Counted from the whole stretch's first letter, positions 25,861 through 40,190 are shown. The stretch is 59,009 nt of DNA, filler included, from Sphacelaria rigidula (GCA_964200075.2; 9 parts of 9 records of this genome joined end to end with filler, not necessarily neighbours in it), one strand, 5' to 3'. A program made the numbers and translations. Notes: generated from the letters alone by a model not told the origin.

Positions 25861-25871
25861 GGCTCATAACC
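25861..25871 (-). promoter_or_regulatory. Primer-binding site GGTTATGAGCC (complementary to the tRNA-iMet anticodon arm)
   Basis: Directly follows the LTR-terminal CA. The + strand reads GGCTCATAACC, containing the CAT anticodon. Confidence 0.85.
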
Positions 25872-26170
25872 TGAGAGTGTAAAGCGTCCTGCAGCTGCAG
25901 CGGTGCTGTGCTGTGTGTGCTTTGTAGACTGAGTAGCCTACCGCGGAGGATTACACTCGGGCCACGGTTTGATCCGACAGAGAATTTGACTGAAGAAATA
26001 AAGATGTTTACTATTGACTGACTCCCGAAGTCAAGTTTTCGCTGGTGGTGATGAAGAAGAGAAGTAGTAGAGAGGTGATCAGGTGGGCGAGCACCGAGTG
26101 TGCGAGCCTACCGATCAGCTATTGAACTTCCAGAACTTGCACACGTCTAGAACACTCGCGGGATAATACA
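25872..26170 (-). repeat. 5' LTR of Copia element 1 (299 bp, TG..CA)
   Basis: The minus strand starts TGTATTATCC and ends ACACTCTCA next to the PBS. No second LTR is available to confirm it. Confidence 0.75.
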
Positions 26171-26899
26171 ACNNNNNNNNNNNNNNNNNNNNNNNNNNNN
26201 NNNNNNNNNNNNNNNNTTAATTAATTAANNNNNNNNNNNNNNNNNNNNNNNNNNNNNNNNNNNNNNNNNNNNATATGCCACTTCAACCCCATATTTTGTA
26301 TGAACCCCAAAATTTAAAATCGGCTGTTTACAGGTGTGAAGAGAAAGTTTCACAGATAAAATCTGAGGCGACAGCAGCGGCGGGTGATACTGAAACTGCT
26401 GATGATCAAGCCCAACCTCCTGTTCGAGAAGTGTCTGGTCATCCCAGCGTGGCGTCACATGCGAGACAAAATTTGAACACGAGTGACATAGAAAACTGGG
26501 ACCGGCATGACGAACAGCTGTTAAACGTTTTGTATTTGTCAACAACTGGTTTAGCGGCAAGTTACTTCCTGCGTTTGCAGCCGAAAGACTCAGAGAAAAT
26601 AAACGTTAAATGTGCGTAGGAAGAACTGGTAGCAAATTACCATAATTCATCCAAGCAGAGACGCCGCTTACTCATGATACAACTGGACAACAACACCATG
26701 TCACCAGGGCAAGCTCCGGATACCTTCCTTGCAAAACTATTCCAGCTTCGAGACGAGCTCGTTCACAATGGCGAGCCCATCTCCGATGAAAGATTGACTG
26801 AGATGGTAATCGAGGGTCTAACCAGCGACTACGATCAGATAAAGTACAACGCCGAACGCGACCTGGACTTCGACATCGGTGAGATCGAAAGTACTATAC

Positions 26900-27065
26900 G
26901 GGTCAGGGCATCCCCGTTTGCGCATTCATTCGGGATATCCCCCCTAGCACAGTGGAATAGTAATCCTGGCATACTCACATATTTCATAAGTCGTGTTTTG
27001 GATGGGATAGAGGGCTCCGAACAATTCCAACCTCGGAAAATTTGTATGCACCCCTACCGTAGCAT
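26900..27065. repeat. About 165-bp interspersed repeat inserted in Copia gag
   Basis: GGGTCAGGGCATCC..CCCTACCGTAGCAT, co-linear with 55683-55846. It interrupts gag after EIESTIR. Confidence 0.88.
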
Positions 27066-27071
27066 CCCTCA

Positions 27072-28646
<1,575 letters not shown>

Positions 28647-29338
28647 ATTGCGGACTACTTCAGAAGAAGATACTGAAAAACAATGGGTATTCTTCAGGAA
28701 TTTACAACACCGTACACACTCAACAAAATGGTATTTCTGAGTGAGACGGAAGAACTATCCTGAATATTACGATCTGCCTCCTGCATGAAGCGAATTCGCC
28801 GGAGATTCTTTGGGGGGAACTTGCGGGAACTGTGGTCTTTTTCATCAATCGTTTGCCGCGCACAAGCCGGAGGAGACACCTCATACAATCGGATGTTTCT
28901 CGAGCAACCGGAACCGTCTTTTTTTCGAACCATCGGTTGGAGGGCGTTCGTGCAAAAGGAGCGCCATCAGAGTAAATTAGAAGAAAAAGCTTGGGGAGGA
29001 GCATTAGTAGGATATGATTCGGATAGTCCATCTTACCGTATCTACGACCGCTACTTCGGGAGGATATCGAGCTCCCGGAACGTCACCTTCATCGAGCAAG
29101 TGGTCGGAGCTCCTCACAGTGAAGAAGAAAGTCGGGCGGACCAAAACACTTTTCACACCCCGGTGTGATCAACCGCGCCCAGCCCAACCAACGAGGGAGG
29201 CACCACGCCATGACCATTAGCGCTCGTGTCCGCCTCGGATACCTACCTCCACCACGGCCATTTATCCAAGGTGCCTCAAGCGTCTACTTCAACTGAGGGT
29301 TTAGGGTCTACCTCGTGCTGGACATCATGGTCCCCGGA

Positions 29339-29394
29339 CAGTCTCTGCAGGAGCGGGCGAGAATGGCAGTCTCTGCAGGAGCGGGCGAGAATGG
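29339..29394. repeat. Perfect 28-bp tandem duplication
   Basis: CAGTCTCTGCAGGAGCGGGCGAGAATGG x2. Confidence 0.9.
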
Positions 29395-29764
29395 CGGAGG
29401 ATCCTCGGACGTATGGTTTCATGGACTTTCGAGTGTACCCCACTAGTTTAGATTTAATAAGGAGTTTACCGCAATTGTATATCCGGAATGACATCCATTT
29501 CTTTATGGATGATAGATTTTCAATTTTCTTGTAAAGGCATGGTATAGAGAGAGACCGAGCGAATTCAAATGCTTTATGCTAAGCCGTATTCACGATGCTC
29601 TCGTCGTAAGACCAGACTATGAGGTCAATGTCGCCTCCACACAGGCCTACTATCTATTAGATATAGGGTCCCCAACGTGATCGCAGGGGTCTGAGTTTTG
29701 TTTTTACTCGGCCTACGATGATCGCAAAAGAGTGTCCTATTTAGACACAGTAAATCACCTGTAA

Positions 29765-30058
29765 TAACGTTTTCGTGAAATTGAGAGTGCAGCGCTGATT
29801 GAGAGTGGCTTCGGTAATTCGCTTTAACCTAGCCAATTTTCATTCCGTGTGTGCTTTGCTCTGCCTCATCACTAGCATGTGCTCACAGCTACACATCGAT
29901 ATCCTACTCAGGGATATCAAGGGCCTCAGTGGCAAGCTACTACAGAAAACATATCGGGCCTCGTGGGGGGGCATCTCGGAACTGAAACAACTCATTCACT
30001 AATCGACCGCTGTTCACTCTCAATTGTATCCTCTACTCTCAATCTCACGAAAACGTTG
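29765..30058. mobile_element. About 290-bp MITE, CAAC..TTTTCGTGAGATTGAGAGT TIR family
   Basis: Inverted ends AACGTTTTCGTGAAATTGAGAGT / ACTCTCAATCTCACGAAAACGTTG. A full inverted copy lies at 49712-49993, with end fragments at 32673-32740 and 39409-39473. Confidence 0.82.
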
Positions 30059-30399
30059 TTCTGTGTCGTGTCGAGCATACATGAGTTCTTTTTTATTTGC
30101 CTTTATTACGTTTCGAGAGCACATCGTGACAGGACACGAGTACCAGGGAACACGTACAGACTTCTGTGGTTTAACTCTGTGTCAGCAAGTAACTTGCGGG
30201 TTGATATTTTATGTGCGTTAACGATGTTCTATTCGATTGATTCTACAGGGTATATATATCGCATCTCATGCTACTTGTCACTGTACGGTTCACAGAACCT
30301 TTCGGGAGGATTTCGTTGCTCACCTTTATGGCTGAGGGAATTTACTTGTAGAGGGCTCGAAGTTTGATGCCTATGCGAGTAACGCATACACATACGTGC

Positions 30400-30470
30400 G
30401 CATGCGGGTGTCCAGTTTTTTCGTGACACTTTTGGGCTGGTTTTGGTGGAGGGCTATCGTAGAAAGTGTC
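30400..30470. repeat. Right end only of the GACACTTTCTACGATAG MITE family
   Basis: TTTTTTCGTGACACTTTT..GCTGGTTTT..GGGCTATCGTAGAAAGTGTC matches 33215-33269. Confidence 0.8.
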
Positions 30471-31474
30471 GACAGTAGTCGGTCTGTTTCGAGAATAGTA
30501 CTGAACACCACGAGCCAAGCATATCCAACTAGTTCCCAGTAACCCGGTGTGCTCTGTTTTTTTCATTTTGGTTGACAAGTGCAGATATTGCGTTCTCAAA
30601 CCAGCCTCTACTCTTGGGGGAGCTATCGCGGCATGAATCCTGTATGCTCGGAACAAAATGACTTTCCGCCGAGTCGATGTCCTCGAGAGAATGTATATTG
30701 TGAGTCCCCTACGTCGGAAAAAGGTCCGTCCGAGCCCGTTAAGACCCGGAAGCGCTGAGCGTTCATCATGTCCATCAACGCCATTTGTCATTCTGGTTGA
30801 CTGGGTAACCTCGCGGGCGTTGCTTGACACCGACACCGCTCAGCGTGGCAACCATAGCAGAGCTCTCAAGTCCTTCTTCGCGGACGGCGTGGGTCACCTA
30901 CTGAAGATCAACTCCAACGCATGGGTGGACGTCATACACACAATCGTATGGGTGAGAGCGTATCGCTTGCATGGAAACACTAATGGTATCGACGCAGTTT
31001 ACGCACAGTAGATTTCTCGTGTTTCGATATTCCTTTCTTCCCGCGCAGTGCCGAAGAAAAAGACCAGCGCTCACCTGCCGCAGGCGTAGCACTGTACTCC
31101 GATGTCTCAACAACCAATTGACGACACGATGGCCGCATCCGTAACCGTCTTTAGGACGTAATGGTAAACTGATTCCCACATGCCGCTCATTACTTGTGAA
31201 ATTAGGACTTGCCCCACCTCCCCCACCTGAGTTCACCCTTCATACGACTCGCCGAACACAAAACGGCGCTTCGCGCTTGGTGATCGATGGCGAATCTGGT
31301 CCGGCGAAAACCCGCCGTGCTCCGTCCCGACCTTGTAGGGATGCGAGATCGATCGTCAAATGGCTATGGCATGCAAGATCATGAGTATACCCCCTCAAAC
31401 ACACCAGAGCTCTGCAACGTTAGATTTGGGAAACGAGTACACACCCAAGAGGTAAAGAGAAGAAGTGGCAGTAA

Positions 31475-32670
31475 AATTTTCCACGAACGGAGACAAGCTG
31501 ACCCAGTTAATCATTGAGGGATAACGCTACTGAGCACCGTAGGGGAAATATTCTACAAGATTCTCAACGATGGGGTGGGAACGACGCTAGAGAAGTAAGA
31601 CAAAATCAGCGAGGAGCAAGCAGGTTTTAGACTAACCCATAGGTGCGTAGACCATGAGCACACACTAGGTAAGGCGCCGGGCCAACAACGTTATGTTCCT
31701 TTCTAGACGTACAAAAGGCCTATGAGACAGTGTGGAGAAATGGGCTGTGGGAAAATATATTGGAAACTATGAACAGAGAAAATATGTGAAGAAAGGTGAA
31801 GAAAAGGACAGAATGTGCGGCGATGATGGTAGACGGGGAAATATCGGAATATGTTGATACTTGACAAGGAGTTACGCAAGGATGAAGATTATCACTCACT
31901 TTGTTCAAGGTATTTATTGATGGCCTGATAAAAGCAGTAGAAGCAGAAAAGCAAGGAGTTAAGGTGCGGGAAGATGCGGTATCAGGATTGATAATCGCGG
32001 ACGATTTCGTGGGGATATCAGAAAAACCACCAGGGGGATTGTTGGGAACAGGTACAGAAGACGATAGAACACACCAAAATACGTGAAGAGTGGCAGTGGA
32101 CGTCAACAACTGCGCGGTACTTGATGTTACGAAGATCAGGAGAATCCAGTAGAATTCAAAAGAAAGTGGGGAGAAGAGGACCTGCCAATCGTAGAGCAGA
32201 ATACACACCTTAGCGTAGAGACCTAAGAAACCTATTCTTGGGATGAATAATCAATACACTAATCGAAAAGGGTAAGGCACAGATAGGCAAGATGGACGCT
32301 ATCCTAGGAGATTCGTACCTAGATACTAAGATTAACATATGTATTCTGATGAATATGATTGTACCAAAGCTGGACTATGCTGGAGAAGTATGGGAGGGAA
32401 ACGTGAGGTTGGTGAAGAAGTTGGAAACAGTACAGATGGCACCAAATACTTGGGTGCTCAAAAGCGATGAGTAATACAGCATTGAGAGTAGAGTTAGGAT
32501 TGTACCTACTTGAAACTAACAGAGATATGAGACAAGGGGAATGACATTATTAGCGTAAAGAAGATGCAGAGAAAGAGATCGTCAGCTATAGTTGATAGGG
32601 CTGTATAGAAGAAAATTACGAAAGGGCAGGCTAGGGTGGAATAGCGTAGTCGAGAAAGTATGGAAGGACA
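31475..32670 (+). pseudogene. Degenerate LINE (non-LTR) reverse transcriptase
   Basis: DPVNH*GITLLSTVG, EEQAGFR, FLDVQKAYETVWRNGLW, GVTQG..LS.TLFKVFID, IADDFVG; many stops and frameshifts. Confidence 0.92.
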
Positions 32671-32840
32671 TACAACAGTGTTTTCGTGAGATTGAGAGTA
32701 GATGATACGATTGAGAGTGGGTTTGATCATTCGCTTTAAGNNNNNNNNNNNNNNNNNNNNNNNNNNNNNNNNNNNNNNNNNNNNTTAATTAATTAANNNN
32801 NNNNNNNNNNNNNNNNNNNNNNNNNNNNNNNNNNNNNNNN

Positions 32841-33755
32841 GAGGGGCACGGCCAAACATCACGTGATACGGCGTACTATCGTACCGACGGCGATATGCTG
32901 TATTTAGCGCCTGTTGCACAGCGGGCAACACGTCCACCCACTCGGTCGCCTCTCGACGCTGCTCGAGAAGAATAAAGCGAACAGCACGAACTACTTCCTT
33001 TACCATGCGTTCGCACGTACCGTTCGACCACGAAGAATACGCTACCGCAAACCGGTGATCAACGCGCAAAGCCTCTCGCAACCTAGCCAAGATCGCATTC
33101 GACACTTTCTACGATAGCCCCCCCCCGAAAAAGGCATGGATTTGGGAGGCACAATCTTCACGTAAATCGAAATGGGAAANNNNNNNNNNCCAAACATCAG
33201 GCGCTGTATGGCCACTTTTTTCGTGACACTTTTAGCTGGTTTTTGAGGGGGGCTATCGTAGAAAGTGTCATTCCCAAAATGCGTGGCGGTATCACTCACC
33301 CATACACGGGGCACCCCCAAAGTTTTGCACCAGTTCAGCAAAGACGTAGCAGTTGATTCAGCAGTACACACGACTACTGGTTCCAGAGCCACAAAATTGC
33401 CCAAATCATCCATGATGACCAAAATGTATCGGAACCCAGCATCCTCCGACAACCCTTGGGAAGCCAGCGGGCCACTCTTGCCCACGTGTAAGAAGCCGAA
33501 ATAAACGACTTCATTAGGCGTGGTCCCATGGACCGTTTCACCGAGCGGGCGGGGAACAACATCGCTCGCCCTCGAGTCAGCACAGTGAAGACACTGGCGG
33601 ACAAATTCGCGCACATTAGTTTCTATCCCCTTCCAGACACAAAACTCTTGCAAGCGCAAGAGCGTCGCATCCACACCTCGATGCCCGGCGTCGCGCATGT
33701 GCGCACAAATCATCAAGCGTACCTGCAACTGTTTGTCAGAACTCGGAATCCACAA
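32841..33755 (-). pseudogene. Gypsy integrase (zinc-binding domain + core), split by a MITE
   Basis: AHMRDAGHRG..CLHC; VIMDDLGNF; WVSDTATHFGN|AILARL; SSWSNGTCERMVKE. Confidence 0.93.
33101..33269. mobile_element. MITE with perfect 23-bp TIRs and 4-bp TSD ATTC
   Basis: GACACTTTCTACGATAGCCCCCC / GGGGGGCTATCGTAGAAAGTGTC. ATTC at 33097-33100 and 33270-33273. There is an internal 10-N gap, so the true length is uncertain. Confidence 0.92.
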
Positions 33756-33761
33756 AACGTT

Positions 33762-35346
33762 TCAACCACGCACATGCACACGAAACAGACCTTCATTATC
33801 CAAGATAACAGTACCAACGTTCGACTCGAAAGATTGCACATCCGCATCCTCAGCCCCAAGGTCTTCTCGTTGCGCTTGGCGGACAACAGATTTGGACAGC
33901 ATCGAGTCATCAGGTTCGCCCGGACCATAGACAGCCACAACGCGCGCAGGCAAAGTAGGAATATTTACCCAGCGCGATAGCAAGTCACCCCACGCGTTAC
34001 GCTCACCCGAAATATGACCAATCGTGTACCGATGTTGTCCTAATACACCCTTCCACCCCTCCAATCGCTGTGCCAACGCCTTCGATATAGACGTTACGCA
34101 TGCCTGCGGGTTGAAAATTTACGCTAGATTTCGGGGACCCGTGTAAATGTGTACGCTATTCCACAAAACAAATCTCAAGACGACGAAAAGTGCTCACGAT
34201 AGCAAAACCTTCCTCGTCAAGTTTTGCCCAACGCATCATGGGAACCCTTGAAATTACCACTCAGAAAAGCCTGCACTTCATGCGTCATGTCTTCAACCGA
34301 CAACCGTTGTTGCATTTCTGCATCAGGCACCTGCGTGACAAAGCTACCCCAATGACACTCGGATGCATCCGGAAACATCAGCACCTGGCAACCGGGGCGG
34401 GGATGGAACAGCGTCACGGCGTGAGCCACCAGATCCTTCGCTGCCGCCCATGCCTGCAGCCTGTCCTCCGTCCACGAGGCGGGTGGAATAACACGATTTT
34501 TTGCCACCCTCTTCGTGCGCCTTGCTGCCCCCACCATGAGTTCCTCTAGAAAACCGCGTAAGGGCGCCACTACTTCAGCCATACGAGGCAACGAGTTGCG
34601 TACAGGAATTGCATTAGTTCTGAGGCTGTTTCTGGACGCCGCATGTCAGACAAACCTTGCAAGCGGACCGGGTCATGCGAGACGCGGCCGTGTGAGTGCA
34701 CTTTCCCACACCACACTAGCTCACTAGCAAAAAAGGTACACTTGTGGGCAGCTGCAAACAAACCAACACTCTCTAAGCGAGCCAAGATTGCATTAAGCGT
34801 ATCCAACAGTTCGTCTTCCGTATCCGCGAAGAAAAAGACATCATCCACCCAAATCTTGCATTTCAAGCCACCTAAAAGGTCTACCATGACACCTTGGAAA
34901 TAGAAAGTAGCATTGAACACGCCTCGCGGTACTCTTTGCGGGGTAAACATGCCAAACGGAGTCGTGATTGTGAATATCTCTTGCGCCTCTTCGGCCAACG
35001 GCATCTGCCAGTACCCCTGTAGGAGATCCAACTTACCGAAACATCGCGCACTCAACAGGTCTATCATATCGGCTTCCTGATTGGGCATGACACCCGGCGA
35101 CTTCTCCACCTGATCATTGACGACTCCGTAATCGCTAACAAGACAGAAAGAGTCCTTCTTCGGCACCATCGCTGGACTGGACCACACCGCCTGTAGATCC
35201 CTGAACACCAATCCAAACGCCACAAGAGCTCCCATACAAGAAGCTAGCCAACTGGTCTTTACCGGATCATACCTCCTCGGTTTTGTCTTCACCGCGGCCG
35301 CCCCTGGCTTCAGTGTAACCCTGTTCCACGCGCGCAGGGGGATCAC
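33762..35346 (-). pseudogene. Gypsy RT and RNase H
   Basis: KLDLLQGYWQMPL, FTITTPFGMFTPQRVP.G..NA, KIWVDD, MFPDASECHWG, HISGERNAWGDLLSR. Confidence 0.95.
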
Positions 35347-35349
35347 CCC

Positions 35350-37303
35350 TCAGCGCACGACGAAACGCGTTAACGTGGCTATACAGTATGCCACGCAAGC
35401 GCTCCGCTTTTGAGACTCCGAGGCCATTTTCCACCGCATCCGTCACGCTTTCCTCAAGCGCAGCCTTTCTCGCGGACTCTTCTTCGGCCGGCTCCATAAA
35501 CATATCGGGGCCGCGCTCCACCAAGCGTTCCACCGCCTCATCACGCTCCTCGGACACCTGCCCCCCTGCCTCCTGGAGAGCATCAACCGACAAGCTCACT
35601 GTGCGACTGGCCAAAAAACCAGGCGTCTCGACACTCGATCCGGGCGACGGCCTTTGCGTTTTTAGGGACTCCAACAACCGATCATACGGATCGACTCCGA
35701 GTCCCCGAAGCGTTGGTAGGCCCAACAGAACGACACCATCCGTCCCCGGCATGATCGCAAACGATATTGGGGGTAATTTTACTGGCCCCCAAGTAGTCAG
35801 GAACGCCAACTGTGGAATCGTACGCTCCGTCACATTTATACGTTGCCCCGATGCGGTGATGGTCTGCCGCGCCCCGAGCGAAAACGGAATTCGGATTTGC
35901 TCACCGGGAAGTAGACGCTCCAGCATCTCCACACTTAGCACCGACATGCTCGTGAAGTGGGCGCCTGAATCCAACACCGCTTTGACCGATATAGCTCCCC
36001 ACGCCCGTTGATCGGGCAGATATAACTCGGCAGGGACATAATTGTCTTGGTCTTCGACCAGCACCTGCTTCGCCGACTGATTGTTCGTAATCCCCACTTG
36101 GCGCCACGGCTGCGCGTGCGGCGCAGGCAGAGACGCCCCCGCTGGGGTCACGGCACCGCCGGCGGGTACGAAGCCCCGCCCGCAGAACCAAATTGCAGCG
36201 GTACCCCGGCCGACGCAGCAGCCGATCCAAATTGCAGCTGAAAACCGGCCGGCTCCGCAGCCGGCGGCTCGCCTTGCTCTGCTGCCGGCGGCGCCGGCAC
36301 CGAGCCCGACACTAGAGAGGTCGGTCCCACCTGCACCGCCCGTTGCGGAGCGGCAGCCCCTGCGGCTGAACCGAACCCAGAACCGAACCCCTGCTGACGC
36401 CGCTGCCCCTGCTGCTGCTGCTGGGAAGTCGACTGTGCACCTCCACCGCTGGAGGATCCGCCGCCGCCGCCACCACGACTACCTCGTCTTTTGCCCTTGT
36501 GCAGGCAGGCGGCACTCGTCTGCCCAGATCCCCTTCAGAAGGCGTTGGGCACTTCCGTGCGATGTGAACGACCTGGCCACACTGAAAGCAAGTAAAATTG
36601 GAGGCGGGACTGCCTGCGGATTTTGATCCGCGGTTACTTCGACGCGCCGCCATGCCTGAGCCTCAGCCACCACAGTATCCATGACTAAATATGGGTCCGA
36701 CTTCCAATTTGTTTCGTGCTGTAACTGTACAAGCACGGCCTGCTTAAATTCCGCCGGTGCCAGACCCTCCACTATCGCTTTGGTGACCACCGCAGCGGGC
36801 CCTGGGCGAAATTTCCCATCGGACGAACGATAAATCATCTCTACGTTGGGATTTTCCGCAAAATACGTTTCCAACTTACCCATTATGGGCTCCACTCTCT
36901 CACGCATGGTCCTCCCCTTATGGTTCATTGCGACAGCCTTTGCCACGGCCGCGGACGCCTGAGTAAGCTCTACCTCCGCGCCTGCCGCATGCCCTGGGCG
37001 CTTCTTTATCGCTGCGGCCAACTGCGGCGTTATGGTATGCTTTTCATTGAACCGTCTCGCGAGGACGCGTTGCAAGGGTGTTGGCACTAATTGCGCCATC
37101 GAATCCAACTGATGCCTCACCGCACCCCCTGCATTCGGATGCTCCACCCTCCTTTTGTATTCCATGTACCTCGTGTAAAACGATCGAGAGGCACCCTCAG
37201 AATACAAACTCCCGAAACTGGGCGGCCGCAACTCTTCCCTTAGAACGACTAAGGTTACAGTCGTTTCTTCTGGCTCTATTGTCGGTACCTCCATAGTCGA
37301 CAT
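35350..37303 (-). pseudogene. Gypsy gag, CCHC knuckle and aspartic protease
   Basis: gag ORF 36479-37303; CFQCGQVVHIARKC; AVLDSGAHFT..VLLGLPTLRGLG. Confidence 0.9.
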
Positions 37304-37356
37304 TCTTGAGCCTAAATCGAAGATTTCTCAAACTTTCTGGAACTTTCGATCACACC

Positions 37357-37770
37357 TGTTCTCTTCGCTGCTCCTCACAGCCCTGGGGTCCTATGAACAC
37401 CCGCTGTCGCAGCTCCAGCAAGTCTCCAGTCTGGATCAATCACGGGCCAGCCGCCTTTGCAGCTACCTCTGCTTGAAACCTCCTCACGCGTCCGTGAAGC
37501 TCCGTGTCCGAAGCTGATCACAAGCTGTCCAGACGTCTCCCTGCTGAAAATTTCAGCAGCCTCAAACGATAGCACTTACTAGCACGCCAAGCACTAGCAC
37601 TAATATCGATATTGTGACGCTAGCAGGTTGCTAGTGCTGCAGCGTCTAAATACTGTTGAGGGACTCCCCAGCTCCACTGGCCTCAAGGTCTCAGTTGTCA
37701 GCTTTTACAACACCTTATCATTATTCGGAGTAAAGATCTGCAGCCCCGTGCCATAAGCCTGGGCTACACA
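37357..37770 (-). repeat. Probable 5' LTR of Gypsy element 2
   Basis: The minus strand reads TGTGTAG..AGAACA, about 50 bp upstream of the gag ATG. Boundaries are inferred; no partner LTR is present. Confidence 0.5.
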
Positions 37771-37847
37771 GTAAGGGTCATCATCCACAGGAGGCCCTTG
37801 TCCCCTGGTCATCATCCAGGATCCACTATATACTCAACCGTGGCGGC

Positions 37848-38635
37848 GTGATTTCGCCACAACCCTCAGATGACGGGTCGGCCGGCGACAAGACTGACGA
37901 AGAGACCGGCGATGGCGACAAACGAAACGGGAAGGACATCGTCGACGAAGCAAACTCCGGCGACGAAGTGAACTTAAAGAGCGATGAATACGCTGGCGAG
38001 GGAGGCGGCCAGCAGGGGGTCCGGTTGACAAAGGACGCGCACACTCAAGTTTTCTGGGTAGACGCAAACGGCGGCCTCGCAGCAGAATACCTTTTTTCCG
38101 TGACTGCCCTTCCGACTGGCAGCGACTGGCAGTTTATGTTGTGAGGCCACTGCTCATAACAGACAACAATAACAATCTGAAAAAGTGCCTTTTCGGAGCT
38201 ATTACGTCGTTTCACGCGCTAAAGAGAGCTAGGCGGAGGTTGACACCTTGGAATGTATATTTCCTCGTTCATCGATACCTGGCTCGGGGACAGGGGAGCC
38301 GTCCTCCGTCGGGTTTTGATAGTCGTTTGAATTGTGTGGATGCAGTTCATAAGAATCAAACTCTCTATCTTTCACAGGTCTTGCGACTTCGGTGCATGTT
38401 GTTACCGTGACCACCTCCGAGCAGGCGGAGGTACGTGCGGTAGAGCAACGAAAGATAGCTATGACTAGCTTTGCCCGCCGGACTGCCGACAGCGTCGCGT
38501 GAAAGCCACAAGACCCTTGCTGTCGGCGGTTGATGGCGTGGGTCTCGAATGCAATGACATGCGGTTGATCGTAGAGCACTCTCGTCTCTCCTCCCAAGTT
38601 GTAATAGTCCATGACCTCCTGACATCGGAATAATC
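37848..38635 (+). pseudogene. Degenerate coding fragment of unknown identity
   Basis: Abutting ORFs 37848-38144 and 38141-38410, followed by an acceptor (CTTTCACAG|) and further broken frames. Confidence 0.3.
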
Positions 38636-40190
38636 ACTAATTATGGGAAGCTACTCGTACTGTTGTACCTATTGTTAAGGTGTTTACGCGGCCAGCCTGT
38701 GCTACAGATTGCGGCATGGGCGGACTCCTATGCTCCACGCTAGTAACAGTTAGATCACCACCATAGGTATCTGTTTTTCACTCCGCATGTCAAGAAGGTC
38801 TCTACGAGTGTTTCATCTCTCATACACCTCAACTGGCGTGTGGCACGCTCTTCTGCTCGGTCACCCGGCGAGGGGGAGGTCAGGGAAAATCACCGATGAA
38901 TAACACCCACGTAACTTAAAATTGGATCTATCTGTTGTTGTCGCAGCACCGCCCTTGTTGGCATGTGTGTGGCAGAGAACAGTAGCAGCGGTGACGGGAA
39001 CATTACCCTATTTTTCAACGACATGTTTTTCAGAGCACAGACGCGCGTCTTGTCCAAAAGGAGAGGCAGAGAGAAATCGATCTTCGCGTTCGTGAGCTCG
39101 ACTGGCAAGAAGAGATTAAATCTCTCCGCAGCTCTCGGTGTTCTGGTACATGAAAAATTGGGTACATGCTGGTGTAATAACATCGATGATGCCAGTCTCT
39201 CGAGCGATTGGTAATCGCCGAGCGAGGACACGCAAAGGACATGGACGAGGAGCTTCCTCTCTGTCGTTGCTTCTCTCTCTGGTGATTTTGTCATCGACAC
39301 GCGTGTACNNNNNNNNNNNNNNNNNNNNNNNNNNNNNNNNNNNNNNNNNNNNTTAATTAATTAANNNNNNNNNNNNNNNNNNNNNNNNNNNNNNNNNNNN
39401 NNNNNNNNCACTGATTGACCGCTCTTCACTCTCAATCATATCATCTACTCTCATTCTCACGAAAACACTGTTGTGTGCGGAAAGTAAGAAAATTGCTCTA
39501 AGAAATATAGTTGGCTCGGCGATAAGAATAAGAAACGAGCCTCGCCTCAGATTAGAGCTTCTCAAGTAAAGTCGCCACCTGTACTGCGCCGATAGCTTCC
39601 ACCGTCTGTGATACCGTTACTCCTGCGCATCAAAAGGGGGCGGTATTGCCGAAGGAGAACTGTGGTGCGAATTGGAGGCAAGGTGGTCACATCGACCATC
39701 CGCTGCGCTGCAGAGTAGTTCAGCTTGTTGAAGAGGAAGCATTGAAGAACGTGTTCGGACTTCCCTCCCCCCAGCGTTCATCACAACTCGTCACAGCAAC
39801 GATTGCCGGCGGTTCGCTCGATGTCAGACCACCGTTCATTCCAGCCACAGACTAGCGCCGATGACTGTGCAAAAATAGATGCATGTAGGAATAATAAAAG
39901 ACAAACTTGGAGATCGTGGTTTGGTTCAGAGTTGGACCTACAGTCCTCTTTGATATGAACTCGTCCGGTGTTCATTAATACCTGCACTCACGCACGACCG
40001 GATATTCGCCGAAGGGCGTCAGCACACCAACCTCAACACACTTGTGCCCCAGCGCACTGCACCATGCAAAGAACACCATTGCAATGTATACGAGGCGAGC
40101 TCTGTGACCACCTCTTGGAGACGAGAACCTTGAATAGCGAAAATACAATAGTCCACTTCACAAACCAGAATAATACCTACAATTTGTCCA

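Larger units (their letters stand above)
19705..26170 (-). mobile_element. Near full-length but frameshifted Ty1/Copia LTR retrotransposon (3' LTR outside contig)
   Basis: Order LTR-PBS-gag-protease-integrase-RT-RNase H on the minus strand. Confidence 0.96.
32841..37770 (-). mobile_element. Frameshifted Ty3/Gypsy LTR retrotransposon 2 (3' end cut by contig edge)
   Basis: Order LTR-gag-zinc knuckle-protease-RT-RNase H-integrase on the minus strand. Confidence 0.96.

Noticed and set aside
30658..31011. EF-hand-like peptide (RALKSFFADGVGHL)
   Set aside because: Key loop residues are missing, and the resemblance is too weak without a search.
32673..39473. One large TIR element enclosing Gypsy 2
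   Set aside because: The two ends are on different contigs; each is simply a MITE fragment at a contig edge.
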